Shown here: in pieces, positions 37,315 through 50,164 of the stretch
Numbering within the stretch: the stretch's first letter is position 1
How the letters are laid out: each line of letters opens with the position of its first letter
Assembly (NCBI GenBank): GCA_022605425.2
Contig: JAKIMF020000001.1
Coordinates: forward strand, 744,001-808,000
Direction of reading: 5' to 3'
Origin: Hamiltosporidium tvaerminnensis FI-OER-3-3
Lineage: Eukaryota > Fungi > Microsporidia
DNA: 64,000 bases
The notes under the pieces: model-generated
What the model was told of the DNA's origin: nothing
What the model saw: the letters and a program-made list of their open reading frames with translations, nothing else
Database searches by the model: none
Position numbers and translations under genes: made by a program

Positions 37315-38109
37315 TTACAAATCTAAATATTTTTTACTTTCTATTCCAAATAATCTACATAAATTTTTAGATTCATCAATATTTCCATTAAACATATTAT
37401 CTCTACTTCTAAAGAAAGTAAAACAAGTGAGTAATGAATCACTACCTGCCTGGTGTTGTGTTCCCAATCTTTCTATTTTCATATCATCTGCTATTTCTTG
37501 TAATCCATTCTTCAAATATTTACTTGTCCTCATCAAATATTTCATATCATAAAAATTTGGAAACAAAGCTTTTAAATATTGAAAGAAGCCTTCTTCGTTT
37601 TCTGGTAAAGGATTTCCTGTCAATATTTTAGTTAAATATCCAAAATCATATGAAGAATGAAATGAAATCCATACAATCTCTTCAGACATAACCACACCAG
37701 ATGTAATCAACAATTCTCCGAATTCTTCTACACTGATTCCGTACATTTCATGTTTCTTAAAATCTATCTTTGCATCGATAAGTAGGTCAATAGATTCTTG
37801 CGAATACATATCTTTTTCAAGATTAAACTCAAAATTGAACTGCCAGGTACATACAGGACTTGGCTTGTTTCCATCGGAATCGCTAAGTGTTATTCCCAAC
37901 TGTATAAGTTTTAACAAATCTACATTTATTCTTAACTGCTGATACGTATAAGAACTGGTTGTTTTAAAATTACCCATCGGTTTGGCCACCACACCAGGAA
38001 ATTCGGTATCCATACTTACATATTTATATCTATTAATTAAATTTCTTATTTTGGCCATTTCATCTTCTAAATTATCCCTCCATACATTTTTTATTGCACT
38101 TTCGTCCAT
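37315..38109 (-). CDS. CAF1: CCR4-NOT deadenylase subunit CAF1/POP2 (DEDD)
   Basis: SMDTEFPG, WQFNF, FHSSYDFGY and HQAGSDSLLT; CCCC upstream (38119-38122). Confidence 0.96.
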   Translation of the reverse strand: MDESAIKNVWRDNLEDEMAKIRNLINRYKYVSMDTEFPGVVAKPMGNFKTTSSYTYQQLRINVDLLKLIQLGITLSDSDGNKPSPVCTWQFNFEFNLEKDMYSQESIDLLIDAKIDFKKHEMYGISVEEFGELLITSGVVMSEEIVWISFHSSYDFGYLTKILTGNPLPENEEGFFQYLKALFPNFYDMKYLMRTSKYLKNGLQEIADDMKIERLGTQHQAGSDSLLTCFTFFRSRDNMFNGNIDESKNLCRLFGIESKKYLDL

Positions 38110-38697
38110 TTTTTTAATGGGGAAATAATAAATTTTAAAATAAATCTTTTAATAATTTTTTTACAGAAATAAATATTTAAAGAATATTTTATTTTTTTTT
38201 ATAGGAAAAGTTTAATTTATATTTGTTTGTATTTTATACCCCTGATTTTTCCAAAGAAGAATTGATTTTAGAATAATATTTGATTGTTCGTAATTTATAA
38301 ATTTTAATACTATTTGTTTTGGTATATAATAATTTATCAAGTGCAATTTATCATTATTTTTCAATTTCTTTCACTTCATATTTGATTTATAATTTCTTCA
38401 TATAAAATTTGCATAAAGAAAGGCGAGAAGAATAATCAGGTAATATTTCAAAAGATTCGTAGGATTAAAAAAAATATTATAAATAAAATAAGAAAGCTAT
38501 CAAAGTTTCACTATTTTTTTATGAAGTAATCAATGATAGTTTAAATAGGTTAAATTATATTTTAATAGATCAGATAAATATATCTAAAAATTGAAAAAAT
38601 GGATGTCTTGAAATAAAAGGATCTATAATTTGAGAATATTTTATTAAGAAAATAAAATATGTAAGCCCGAAATAGTTTGAGTATTACATGTTTCTAA

Positions 38698-39474
38698 ATT
38701 TAATAAATATCACATCTTTATAAAAGTGTGGCAAGTTTTATATTGTTTTCATGTCATTAACGAATTTCTAGAAAAATAGATAACTGCTACTCCAAAACTC
38801 CATCAGTATTTCCTGCGATACCTATATCTCAAAGCTTTTCATCTAGAGGTGGGTAAACCCCAATTGATGAGCAAGAAAGTTACAGTAATTCAACAATTTA
38901 TGTTACCTAATAATGAATCGCAAGTCGATATTCACTTTTAAATCCTCAAGACCAGGCATTCTTACTTTAAACTTTCTAACCAAATAAACTTCTAGCTAAG
39001 ATATATATCAGCGACTCAAGGGTCTCACCCTAGACATTACAATACCATAACAACAGGTATAAACTGTTCTAGCTAAGATATATATCAGCGACTCAATGGT
39101 CTCACCCTAGACATTGCATTTTCATAACAACTGGTATAAACTGTTACTAAGTATTTCTAACCTTAAAAGGTTATGTATTTTGTATATTTAAGAAGTCAAG
39201 TTTTCACATTCAAGTGAAAAACTAAAATTTTATGCTTTTATATGGCAATTACCTACATGTTCAGCTGCGGTCTGCAATCTAGTTACATAAAAAACTACAA
39301 ACTAACTTATTCGAAAAATTCTATCTATTTCATAGATAATATTCTTCTTATACGCATATATTTGGAACGACTAAAAATGTAGTTTGGTTTTAATCTTATT
39401 AAAAATCCAAACAATGGTTTTCATATTGGTTTCATCAAATCATTACCCAGCAAATAGTTTTTAATGTATATCCC
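38698..39474 (-). mobile_element. Family A retroposon, diverged copy A5, with internal 77-bp tandem duplication (38990-39145)
   Basis: atatcacatc, gtggcaagt, ggcaattacctacatgttcagctgcggtctgcaatct and aaaatccaaacaatg blocks. Confidence 0.87.
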
Positions 39475-39782
39475 AGGTACACAACTAAATCTATTATTTT
39501 TAGAGTAAAATATTAAAATAAATTTACTTGCGACTTTAAAATAATAATAGTTTTTAGGATGATTTTTTGACAATAAATTCATATTTAAAAATATACAGTT
39601 AAGTTGTAAGATAAAATTCAATTACAGTTAGAATTAAAAATTAAGTATTTAAAATGAAAAGCATAAAGAAGAAAACCTAGAAAAATAAATTTAAAATTAG
39701 AAGAAATCAAGTATTAAAAATAAATCACAAAATAACTTTTATTTAACATTTTTAAAAAAAATATTTACACTTTATTACATAT

Positions 39783-39830
39783 TCTAGTCTTCTTGTACCT
39801 CTCGGTGTTAAGGATGAAAAAATAGAAAAC
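39783..39830 (-). mobile_element. 3' fragment of family B
   Basis: tacctctcggtgttaaggatgaa matches tacctctcggtgtcgag (~20300) and ctcccggcgtcgaggatgaa (~58907). Confidence 0.5.
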
Positions 39831-39961
39831 CAACATATTTTTTCGCTGGTGATCTTCTGACATTTACATTTTACTTGATAAAACTATAATTCTCTACAGT
39901 AATTTAACAAACGTTTGAACCAAAAAAATAAGAAAACAGAAAAAAGTTAATCACTTTTAAT

Positions 39962-40993
39962 TTAGAAAGCAGTTAGCTTATCATGAAAACCAACCTCCTT
40001 AGCTTCTTCTTTCCTAAAAAAATCCAAATAAGGATTTAGACTCATTATAGCATTTTTGTCTCGAACAACCTTGGATTCCTTTATAAAATTAGGTTCTTTA
40101 AGAATAGCTTGTACCTCATCAGAATAAAAAATACCTTCCAAATCTTCATCAGTAACCACATTTTTCATCAATGAATAACCTTTTCTCAAAGAACTTAACT
40201 CACCTTCTCCGAAGACTTTAGAAAGCATTTCAAACGCATCTTCGACCCACAAAATCAATCTACCAATATGACCACCAGGACACACATTTTTAATATTTAA
40301 ATTATCAAGAGTCACACATTCAACACCACAAATGTTTCTAAAAGCTTTAAAAAATTCTTTTTTATTTCCTCCAACAATAAGAATTCCCTTCTTTTTGATG
40401 TACCGTCTGTTTCTCATTTTTCCTTTTCCTGCTCGAATGCTAATATTTTCTTTAACTTTTTCCACATCTTCGTCCAATCCGAATTCTTTTAACATTTCTA
40501 AAGCATCTTTAGTTTCTCTCAACTTGTATATGTCATTGCTCACTACAAGTGGAAGAGATTTTAGTTTAGAAACTCGATGTCCTCTGCTCTCAACCAAACC
40601 AGTAACTGCACTTCCTGCTATTCCAACACTGAGAGCATGTCTTCTAGCCATTAAATTGGTTTTACGGTTCCATCTTCGATTAACAGTAGTGGGACTTGCT
40701 CTTCTACCTCCTCGGCAAGAGTTTGCACATGCTCCTTGTCCTGCGCGTCTTGTACCACTTCCTCTTACTCTGGCAACTCTAGCCAATGCACGACCTGTTC
40801 CCCAAGACTCAGCAGAATGCTGCATACCAGCTTTTTTAGAAACCGCATATGGTGTTCTACCGTTTAAATTCTGATTCTTAAAAACCAAATGCACCAAATC
40901 CTTTCTTATGGGTGTACTGAATACTTTGGGAACATTTAACGATTTAACAACAGTTGTACCGTCCAATCCATAACATTCTACTTTCTTTAACAT
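39962..40993 (-). CDS. RPL4: 60S ribosomal protein L4 (uL4)
   Basis: HSAESWGTGRA, RGSGTRRAGQG, RAGKGKMRNRRY and PGGHIGR; CCC 5-7 nt upstream of the ATG. Confidence 0.96.
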   Translation of the reverse strand: MLKKVECYGLDGTTVVKSLNVPKVFSTPIRKDLVHLVFKNQNLNGRTPYAVSKKAGMQHSAESWGTGRALARVARVRGSGTRRAGQGACANSCRGGRRASPTTVNRRWNRKTNLMARRHALSVGIAGSAVTGLVESRGHRVSKLKSLPLVVSNDIYKLRETKDALEMLKEFGLDEDVEKVKENISIRAGKGKMRNRRYIKKKGILIVGGNKKEFFKAFRNICGVECVTLDNLNIKNVCPGGHIGRLILWVEDAFEMLSKVFGEGELSSLRKGYSLMKNVVTDEDLEGIFYSDEVQAILKEPNFIKESKVVRDKNAIMSLNPYLDFFRKEEAKEVGFHDKLTAF

Positions 40994-41862
40994 GTAAGGG
41001 TCCGAATTGAAAAAAAAATTTAAAAATATTTTTTTTTGAAGAAAAACATTTTTTTTATAAAACGGAAGGAAAAAAGAAATGTGATAAAAAAAATTTATAA
41101 TAAGTATTTTTAAAAAGGTATCTTCAATATTGAAAGGTACAAGAAGATCAGAATAAATAAGTGATTATTTTAAAAAATATAAATAAAATAAAAAAAAATA
41201 TTCTTTAATAAAAATATTCTTTAAAAATGAGAATTGAATATTTTATAAATTAATTTGTATTCACTTTAGTAGTAATAAAATCAAAAAAAATCATAAAAAA
41301 AAAATAAATTTTGAAGCGAATATTTGTTTAGTGAAACAGAAAAAATATAAAATTTGTGACAATAACACAATAAAAAACATACTATGTGTTTTGTAGCCGT
41401 CAGATCAAGAAAATTATCTGTTAAATTTATCTTCGTTTGTCTTGTAATAAAAATACCTCGTTTAATTGAATAAAATCTATATGGCATCAATTATTGAGCA
41501 ACAAATCTTACTAAAATAATACATATTTACAGATTACAGCAATCATAGTTTATTATTTTAAAATCAATTGATTGAAATAGTCTGTAATTGGATGATAAAG
41601 ATGTCTTAAAGGATTATCTAATCCCATATTTATTATAAGTGATTAATAAAAATGGCTTTAAATAATTATCTAACGAAGTATTTTGTGGATGAATTAATAA
41701 AACCAGGATTTTGTGTGATTCAAATATTTTTAATGTGTAATAATATTTGTTTTACGATGAATTGAAAAGATGGAGTAAAGAACTAAATATTTCATAAGTT
41801 TTATTTCGCTGATCTCATTAAATCATATTTTGGTCAAAATATCTTCTCTATAAAGATACGCA

Positions 41863-42015
41863 AAATATTTATGAAACCAAATAAAATAAAACTTATAAAA
41901 TATTTAGATTGTTTGTTTTAACTTAAAAATCATAAGAAATATTTATGAAACCAAATAAAATAAAACTTATGAAATATTTAGATTGTTTGTTTTAACTTAA
42001 GAATCATGAGAAATT
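41863..42015. repeat. Tandem duplication, period 74 bp
   Basis: atgaaaccaaataaaataaaacttat...gattgtttgttttaacttaa at 41871 and 41945. Confidence 0.9.
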
Positions 42016-43499
42016 TATTAGATGGAAATTCACGAAATAACTATATAAAAACAAATGATAGGCGTATTATGTAAATAATTGTTTTTAAACCATAAATGTG
42101 TTATAAAAATCAAAAATCTATGTCATTGACGTACAAAAATATTAAAAAAATAGATTCTATCAAATAAATCAGAAGTAGTATAAATTTCCGGATTAAAAGC
42201 ATATAATATAATCTTAATAAGACTTGGGAATAATTCTATTTATTATTTTGAGAAAAAAATCTTTTATGATTGGTGATTAGGCTTTTTTGATGGGAAGAAA
42301 TTATTGGCAATTATTTGGGTTATTAAAATTATTTATATGAAAATAGAAAATAAAATCAAGGTGTGAATACTTTTGAGTTGTTTTGAGATAAATATTTAAT
42401 TTACAAAAAACATATGAAATGTAAAGAAACCAGCAAAGAAAGTGGCGAATTCGTAAAACAGAGAGCTTCATTATTTTTATATAAACATTAATCTAGTAAT
42501 CTTATTCTTGAAATGGAAGATTTTCGTTGGTCGGACAACCTAAACCCTCATAGTCAAAATGTCTGAAAGATCTTAAATTATATGGTACGACATTGATTTA
42601 CTCGTTAGTTTATTTCTTATTTGATAGGAATTAAATACACTTTTAAAAAATATATTTATACAATTAAACATATCAATATTTGGAATCTGTTTATCATAAG
42701 CAAAGTTATAATGTGGTATCTCTTAAGAATTCAAACATTTATTTTTTGGTCTTCGAAAAAATTATTGTGGTTAAAAATTAATTGTTTAGATGCTTCAAAA
42801 ACGACCCCGGTGCCTTTTTGTAAACCAAGAGGTTGGCTGTCTATTCGTCATCGTAGATAAATATTGATGTGTCTCTGACTTTTAATTTATCTAAACTTTA
42901 TTGTATAAGAAAAGTAGCAAGGGATGGCGGTATAATCTAAGGTATATAAGCAAGTAAATAGTCAATTATAATGAAATTTTAGTTTCCATCCGTCTGTAAG
43001 CTTTTAAAACACGCAAATATTAAAAACCAGAGCTATGTACTACCGGAAATATTTCAAAGCCTGAGTCAGATTTAGAGCTTTCAATGTTTTTTTTATTATA
43101 TTAAATGTTACATCGAAGTAAAATATGCACTGAAGAATTTTTTCTTACATAAAGAGAGTGTTTTTTTATTATGTATGATATTCTTCATTTATCTTATTTG
43201 ATAGAAAATTACATGAAAAGCTTTTTTAGATTTTGCTAATATTATTTTGTGAAAACGATATCTGATCAAACTTACTGTATGATATGCTTAAATGTTCTAA
43301 ACCTTTTGAGTTAGTATTTTTTATAGCAGAAAATGTAAAACATGGTGTAGAATGATAGAAAAAGGTTTAAACAAACAAATTAATGTATTAAAATATTTAT
43401 TGTCAACAATTACGTCTTATATTAGATTACATTGCCAATGGTATAATAAATATTGTTTTTATCTGTTTTGTGTAAAAAAATAATAAATATTTGAAAACC

Positions 43500-44836
43500 T
43501 TAAACTTAAGCTTTCTTAATGAGGTAGGTAATTCTTTATATCCAAAAAAATGTAAATTTAAATTTACGGAAGAGTGTACATAGGGTCAAGTTCAAAAGAT
43601 AATATATTATTTTGCAACCCTTGAATTGTTTGGAAAAATCTAAAGATACATCGACCAGAAAAGCAGCAATTCTAAAGGCTGAGAACAATATTAAAATCCA
43701 TTTCACTAATAGAAAACCTTTTAAAGATAAAATACGCATTGTAAGAGGAATTCAGAAGAAAAAATTGAAAAAAGCTTAATTAGCTAACTTATATAATGAA
43801 ATCGAAAAACAAATACTACAATCAAAGCTATATAATGCTAAAAATAACAAAACGCTTAGTTTAAATGACTCCTCAAGATGTTTAAAAAAAGAAAGTGTAA
43901 AACCACGCGATGAAGCATTATTCTGCTATATCCCGGATAGAATGTTTTCTGCAGAGAAGATGGTATTTCTCAACATTGCAACACGTATAGTTAAAATTAG
44001 ATTGATTAGCAACCAGATTTAGAAAAAAAAATGGTTATAATTATACTAGACTACACAATGAAGTGGTACGAACATACACTTATTATGAGTAAATGGAGAA
44101 AGTTTAAGTTTTCGAAACAAATTGGGTGCCTCTCAGGTCAATAATTTCTTCTAACGAGTATGCAGAGATTAGAAGTGAAACCAGAATAAAAACTAATGTT
44201 AAAATTCAGAATTATACACCACATATTTTATTTTAAATTAAAGGCAAAATAAGATACCCCCCTCCCATCGAACGAAGAATCCCTTCCCATGATTCACCTC
44301 GAGTAGGTAAGCCGAGAAGCCAGTAAGCATGCTCTATTAGCAAACTAGTTACGTCTTATATAGAACTATAATGTAGAAATGATTCCTTATATGAAAACAA
44401 GGGACGGTATTGTGAAAAAATATCATAAGATGTATCTTATAAGATGTAAAACACTTATAAATTTAGAGGCACACATTCAGTTCATAGTACTTAAGAAGAC
44501 ATTTGAAGAAATCACCTTTGATTGACGAAGAGAACTTGGGTCTGGATAAATTCTGAAGGTACTGGGAGGAGTTTCATTAGGTTTTATTGAAGAAGATGAA
44601 ATGCATGAACAACCATCACCTTCTTCAAAGCAAGTAGAAAACAAAGAAGATTCTTCAGCAACACAAATCGAAAAAATATACTACAGCTTCTTTTAGATGG
44701 ATTAGCTGCTGTAGAATAGCCTATAAAAAACATGATTGAAGATTTGCGCTTCTAAGAGAATAATGAAGTGTTTAAAATTGTTAAAAGAAACTATATAAAA
44801 GTGAGAAAATTTGTAACCAGAATTATATTAAATAAA
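43500..44836 (+). mobile_element. Decayed 5'-truncated R4-like LINE copy
   Basis: Co-linear with the LINE 3' 1.3 kb (tatataatgaaatcgaaaaa, gactcctcaagatg, gggacggtattgtga, atagtacttaagaa); ends aaccagaattatattaaataaa. Confidence 0.88.
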
Positions 44837-46263
44837 GTAATGTAATAAAACCATATTTCTAACACAAAATACTTGAATTCAAATACATTATAAGAATTGT
44901 GTTATATCGTATTAAAAGTAAATACCAATCCTAATATATGTAAAATCATGTAAAATACGACAAATACAAGGAAAGTCGAAATTTACAAAAAAATATTGTT
45001 TTACGCGAGGTTAGAGATTATATATAGCATTGGTAAACCCGTCCTGAAAATACGTAGGATAACTATCCGAGGGTACTTGGGTGGATCTAGCTTCAAATTC
45101 TCTTAAATTAATTGAAGTATAGGTACTCTAAACTATTTAAGAGTTATACTGTTTTAGTAATGCTTGAAAATGAGTATCCAGAAATAAGAGTGGTCATAAA
45201 TATGATTTACAAAAAATTCAAAATAATAAGCGCTAAATGAGTATTCTTGCAAGAAATCTATAAGGAACATTAATCGAGATCGGGATTGAGTGACAAACAC
45301 GCTTAAATTGTTTAAACCAAAATCTAAAGATGTACAAATATTCGTCAATTAATTTGGTTTGGCTATATTCTTAGTGTATAGCTATTCTAATACACGAATA
45401 TCACAGGTTTTCATTGAAACCAAATACAGTAAATTAAACCTGAGGATTTTTAAATACCAATAATAGAGGCATTTTCCGAATTTTAGTACTCGGAAAACTG
45501 CGTCAAAATTTTATTTTGATGATCGAGTCCTATTTTACCGCCATTGAGGACAAAGAAGAAGCAGTACTGAATATCATACAGGGGATAGGAGAAACGAACA
45601 ACAAGTGCCCGCTATTTAAGAAAAGATGTATTTCAGAGGAATCCCTGGTTTGAAAATTTGGGTGGGTGAATACTATGACAAGAAATCATGGGATGATTCA
45701 TAACCTAAAAAAAGTCAATTAAAAATGAAGAGTGCAATATAACGGAATTCTAAAATAAAGCAAGCAAAGATAACGAAAATCAACATAGTATTGACTAGAA
45801 TAAAAAACTGGCGAAACATCTTAACATTTTGCTAGTTTTTTAAAAAAAAAACATCTACTAGATTTTAACTTGTCTATCAATTACGACTTCATACATTCGA
45901 AATTTTTATTAAAGCACATTATATCGAAAAATAAACTTTAATCATTTTATGTATACAAAAAATAATGTAAAATTGTTAGCAACTTGTTTACATTCTTATA
46001 ATATTTTGCAAAATAGTTCGATTGTTTACTTTACGTTGATAATTTAGATTGATGAAAGTTGATGAAACGATCAATTTGTTTTTAAAACTTAAACTTAAAT
46101 ATATAAGTGAAGAAAAATGATTTTCAATTCAGTTTATGCTCAGAACGAATATAATTATTATAATTTTTTACTTCTATTTATAGAAATTAAAATAATGATA
46201 AAAAAAATAAGCTTTGATAAGAGATAATGAAACTATATATATTCGTCGATAAAGAATACATTC

Positions 46264-47343
46264 ATGGCCTGGGAAAGAAAATATACTTTCATGATCATTG
46301 CGGTTATTTTGATTATTGGATCATTGGGTTTAATACAGTTTATTAGAACAAGATCAAAGGATGGTTCATCCTCTAATGACAAAAAAAATACTGCAAAGGA
46401 AAATGAAAAGAAAAGCGATAATACAAAAAAGCAGATGAAAACTCATGAAATAAATGTTGAAGAAGAAAATCCACTACCAGAAGAAAAAAATGTACCACCA
46501 AAAGAAGAAGAAAAAAAACAAGAAGAAGAAAAGCAAGAAGAAAAAAAACAAGAAGAAAAAGAAGAAGTAAAGCAAGAAGAAAAAAAACAAGAAGAAGAAA
46601 AGCAAGAAGAAAAAAAACAAGAAGAAGAAATTACACAAGAGAAGTTAGATAAACAATTTGATTTAGTTAATCAATTTAGGGGGATGTTTTTATCGAATAT
46701 AAGCCTACCAACTCTTAAAACAGAATTTAAAGCCATGATAGTGAACACACTTGGTTTAAGAGTTTCCAACATTAAGATGAACTCAAAATTGAAATATAAA
46801 GATTTGATTAAGGCTTTTAATTTAGGATTAGATAAAATATGTATTGTTAATGCGGCAAACGAATTATATCATATAGATGGAGATGGTTTAAATGCAGGAC
46901 TTACAGAATTTGCCAAGAGTAATGGTGGGTTAAATCTAGAAAAAAATCAATGGAAAAATCTTACCGATAAAGACAATAAACCGGTTAGAGTACCGGTTTT
47001 ATCGGGATCTTATGCGATTTCAGACTTCAACAATGGTATAATTATACATGGTGTTGGTCCAAAAGCATGGGAAGTCGGAAAAACCCCAAAGGAACCTAAA
47101 AATTTATTGGAAGTAAAACATAGAATAACTGATTTATATAACAATATATATATCGAGGCTCTTAAACGTGGTTCAGCTTTAATTATTTTTCCAAAAATTT
47201 CTGGGGATATTTACGCCAACCCTGGAGAGGATCAAAGTTTTACAAAAACCACGTATTTAAATGCAGTTTATAGTGGAATTATAGATTTTTTAAAGAAAAT
47301 CAAAGTTGAAGGCAGGAAAATACTGGTATTTAACAATATATGA
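46264..47343 (+). CDS. Signal-anchored protein with charged KQEEK-repeat stalk and C-terminal macrodomain (ADP-ribose binding/hydrolase fold)
   Basis: N-terminal hydrophobic helix; E/K/Q repeats; macrodomain signatures in order: CIVNAAN...DGDGLNAGL, IIHGVGP, IIFPKISGDIY. Confidence 0.8.
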   Translation: MAWERKYTFMIIAVILIIGSLGLIQFIRTRSKDGSSSNDKKNTAKENEKKSDNTKKQMKTHEINVEEENPLPEEKNVPPKEEEKKQEEEKQEEKKQEEKEEVKQEEKKQEEEKQEEKKQEEEITQEKLDKQFDLVNQFRGMFLSNISLPTLKTEFKAMIVNTLGLRVSNIKMNSKLKYKDLIKAFNLGLDKICIVNAANELYHIDGDGLNAGLTEFAKSNGGLNLEKNQWKNLTDKDNKPVRVPVLSGSYAISDFNNGIIIHGVGPKAWEVGKTPKEPKNLLEVKHRITDLYNNIYIEALKRGSALIIFPKISGDIYANPGEDQSFTKTTYLNAVYSGIIDFLKKIKVEGRKILVFNNI

Positions 47344-49366
47344 AAGTTAAGCGATTTAAATAAATTTTGAAGGTATAAATGTTGTTTATCATTTTTTTTC
47401 TTCAAATTTTACATCTATACTTAAATTGTACTTCTAAATAATAATTTAATTAAAAGCCGGTGTTTTGAGGTATAAACTTTTTATTTCTTTTTTCTAATAC
47501 TATATGATTAAAGGATATGGAAATTGTTTGGGAATTTCTATTTACATATAAATTACCTTGCTGATTACTAACGGTAAGCCTTTTCAAATATGTTCTAATA
47601 TGTTTTTCTTTAATATGTTTTAAAATTAATTTATTTGTTTGTACGAATGGTCTAGTTTTGTACTCCATTATTATGATAAAAACAAACGATCTTCAAAATA
47701 GAAAATTATATAAACAGAATAGGATTTTATTTTGCAGTCTTTTTTATTTTCCTTAAGTAATTCAGACAAATTTTAATTTCTTTGCCTTCAAAGGCAAATT
47801 GAATTTTGAGTCTTTCTATGAAGGATTTACTGCTTTTATTGGTGCGATAATCATCTAGAATCTGATTTGTAATTTTTAAAATATTCTTTTTATCAAAATC
47901 TATAATTTTCTATATTATCGCTATTGACTAAAATGAATAAATCACAAATCATTTTTTAACGAATCATTGTAATAGATGAAATCTTAATTTTTGCAGTTAT
48001 ATAGTACTGTTTTATAGATAAGAAGAACTGAAAACGGTAAACCTTCTCTAAAAAAACAAGAAATCGCTAGTAGTGGTTTATTACAAAAAAAAATATAAAT
48101 TACTGTTTCTATAAAAACAATTTCCATCGCTTAAACTTCTTTGATCTTATAAAAAGATGAAATTATCTAGCATTATGACAATTTTTAGACCAAATCTAAA
48201 AATTAAAAACCTTCTTAAAATATTTAAATCTTTATTAAAGATTATACCCTTTATAGAAATATTTCAAAAATGACTAATTACAACCATATTTCCAAAAAAA
48301 TAGTTTATAAGAAGCTTCCTTAGCATTTTCTTTCATACAAAGTTGTTTTGTAACCCGTTTTTTGAATATTTAAGTAATTATAACGGCCAAATCGTCTTTT
48401 TATGATTGAAAAGTTATATTTTTAAAATATGATATTCATTTATGTCTCATTGTTATAAATTCCTTCTGGTATTGATGAAAAACATATTTATCTTCTTAAT
48501 ATATTTCTAGTTTCGAAAAATATCTACATTATTATTTATAATGGAAACCATCTAGGTATATGATAATTTAAAGTAAACATTAATTAAATTAATCTTGATA
48601 CTAAAAATAATTTCCTTCTCTTAGAGACAAATTAATTCTTTTTTTTCGAAAAGCAATTTGAATATTTTTTTTTATTATCTAAATTTTTTCTTATCATTTT
48701 TAATAATTAAATTTAGATAAAACAAAAGAACGATAAAAGACAAGGTGCAATAAAAGAAATTGCAATTTTATGTATTCTTTGTAACTATGCCAGTAAAATA
48801 AATTAACACATATCTTCAAACTACAAAAATCTTGGATCATTTTTTAAATTTTTATTTTATTATTTTTTTTATTTAAAAAATATATTTTCTCAAGAATGAT
48901 TAAAATAATTTACGATTTCTAATTTATTTATGATAAACCATCTTTAAGAGAATTAAATGATAAGCAATTGTTTGTTCTTTTTATTTATAAATTTATTAAA
49001 AATTAAAATCGTATTTTTCAATGAGCAATAATTTAAATATTTTCCTATTTAAGTATTAAATATGTCTATTTTTGTTTCACATTTAAAACATCTGTAAACA
49101 CATAGCTTAAAGTTTAAAATATGAAACAAAATAAAGGTTTGACACCTTTTATTGGTTTCATATCAATCATCTAAATGTGATTTATCGATATTTCAAAGGA
49201 TAAATATATCAAAAGAAAATCAGTAGATCGTAGAACCTTTCAACAAAATTGTATTTAAAACAATTTCATAATAAATTTTATTCTTTAGAAACCAAGTAAG
49301 ACTTGGTTTTAAGATTTGAAACAAATAAAATAAAAGATATAAAAAAAATAAAATACCGTTTTATTT

Positions 49367-50164
49367 ATGACTCATATATTCAAAAATAATATTTTGAATA
49401 AATATGGATTGTGTAGTGATGAGGACAGAGAGAAAATCATTATAGGAATTGAAAGCAAAGTATACAGAAATGTTGTAAGTAGAAATTTCCGTGAAGTTAT
49501 AAGAGTAACTGACAAGGCATTAGAAAATTTGTCTATGAAAATGACACCCTATGATATTTGTTCTGTGGTGACACCATATAATGATGAGATACAGGAAATG
49601 TTTGGTATTGGTACCTACATAAATGCGTCATATATTCCAACAGATCTGACACACTATATTGCCTGCCAATTTCCGAAGAAAGAATTTATTCATTTGTTCA
49701 TTGAATTGATAACAAAATCCAACACAAAACTTATAATTTCTCTAATAGATTGCAAAGAATATGATTATTTAGAGAATTTTAAATGTATAGACAGAGATGT
49801 TATTAAAGATGAATATGATAATGATCTGTTCTTTGACGAGACATACAAAATAACTGAAAAATATTTTTTAAGAAGGTTAAGATTTTTCAAATGGAAAGAT
49901 TTCGATATTCCGACAAAAAGTGATTTTTTAAAATTTTATAATTATTTTAATGACATCAGATCAGAAGATACAAACATTATTATACACTGTAAAGCTGGGG
50001 CCGGAAGAACCGGTGCCTTTATATTTTATGATATCTTAAAACATGAAAAAAATGTAGATAATTTTATTTTTACAAGAAAATTTTTATATTTACGATATAA
50101 AAGACCAAGAATGGTTTATAATGATAAACAATTACAATATATTGCAGGATTTTTTCTTAAATAA
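49367..50164 (+). CDS. Classical-type protein tyrosine phosphatase
   Basis: YINASYI, YIACQFP, WKD (WPD-loop position), IIHCKAGAGRTG (CX5R) and RPRMV...Q. Confidence 0.88.
   Translation: MTHIFKNNILNKYGLCSDEDREKIIIGIESKVYRNVVSRNFREVIRVTDKALENLSMKMTPYDICSVVTPYNDEIQEMFGIGTYINASYIPTDLTHYIACQFPKKEFIHLFIELITKSNTKLIISLIDCKEYDYLENFKCIDRDVIKDEYDNDLFFDETYKITEKYFLRRLRFFKWKDFDIPTKSDFLKFYNYFNDIRSEDTNIIIHCKAGAGRTGAFIFYDILKHEKNVDNFIFTRKFLYLRYKRPRMVYNDKQLQYIAGFFLK

Noticed and set aside
45000-45780. Slightly GC-richer non-coding patch (similar patches at 25700-26150 and 42400-43100)
   Set aside because: No recognisable motif, repeat partner or ORF; probably eroded mobile DNA but not assignable.
47400-48600. 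Possible further decayed R4-like LINE on the minus strand (HIRTYLKRL...TISISF)
   Set aside because: Similarity too weak to support by eye.
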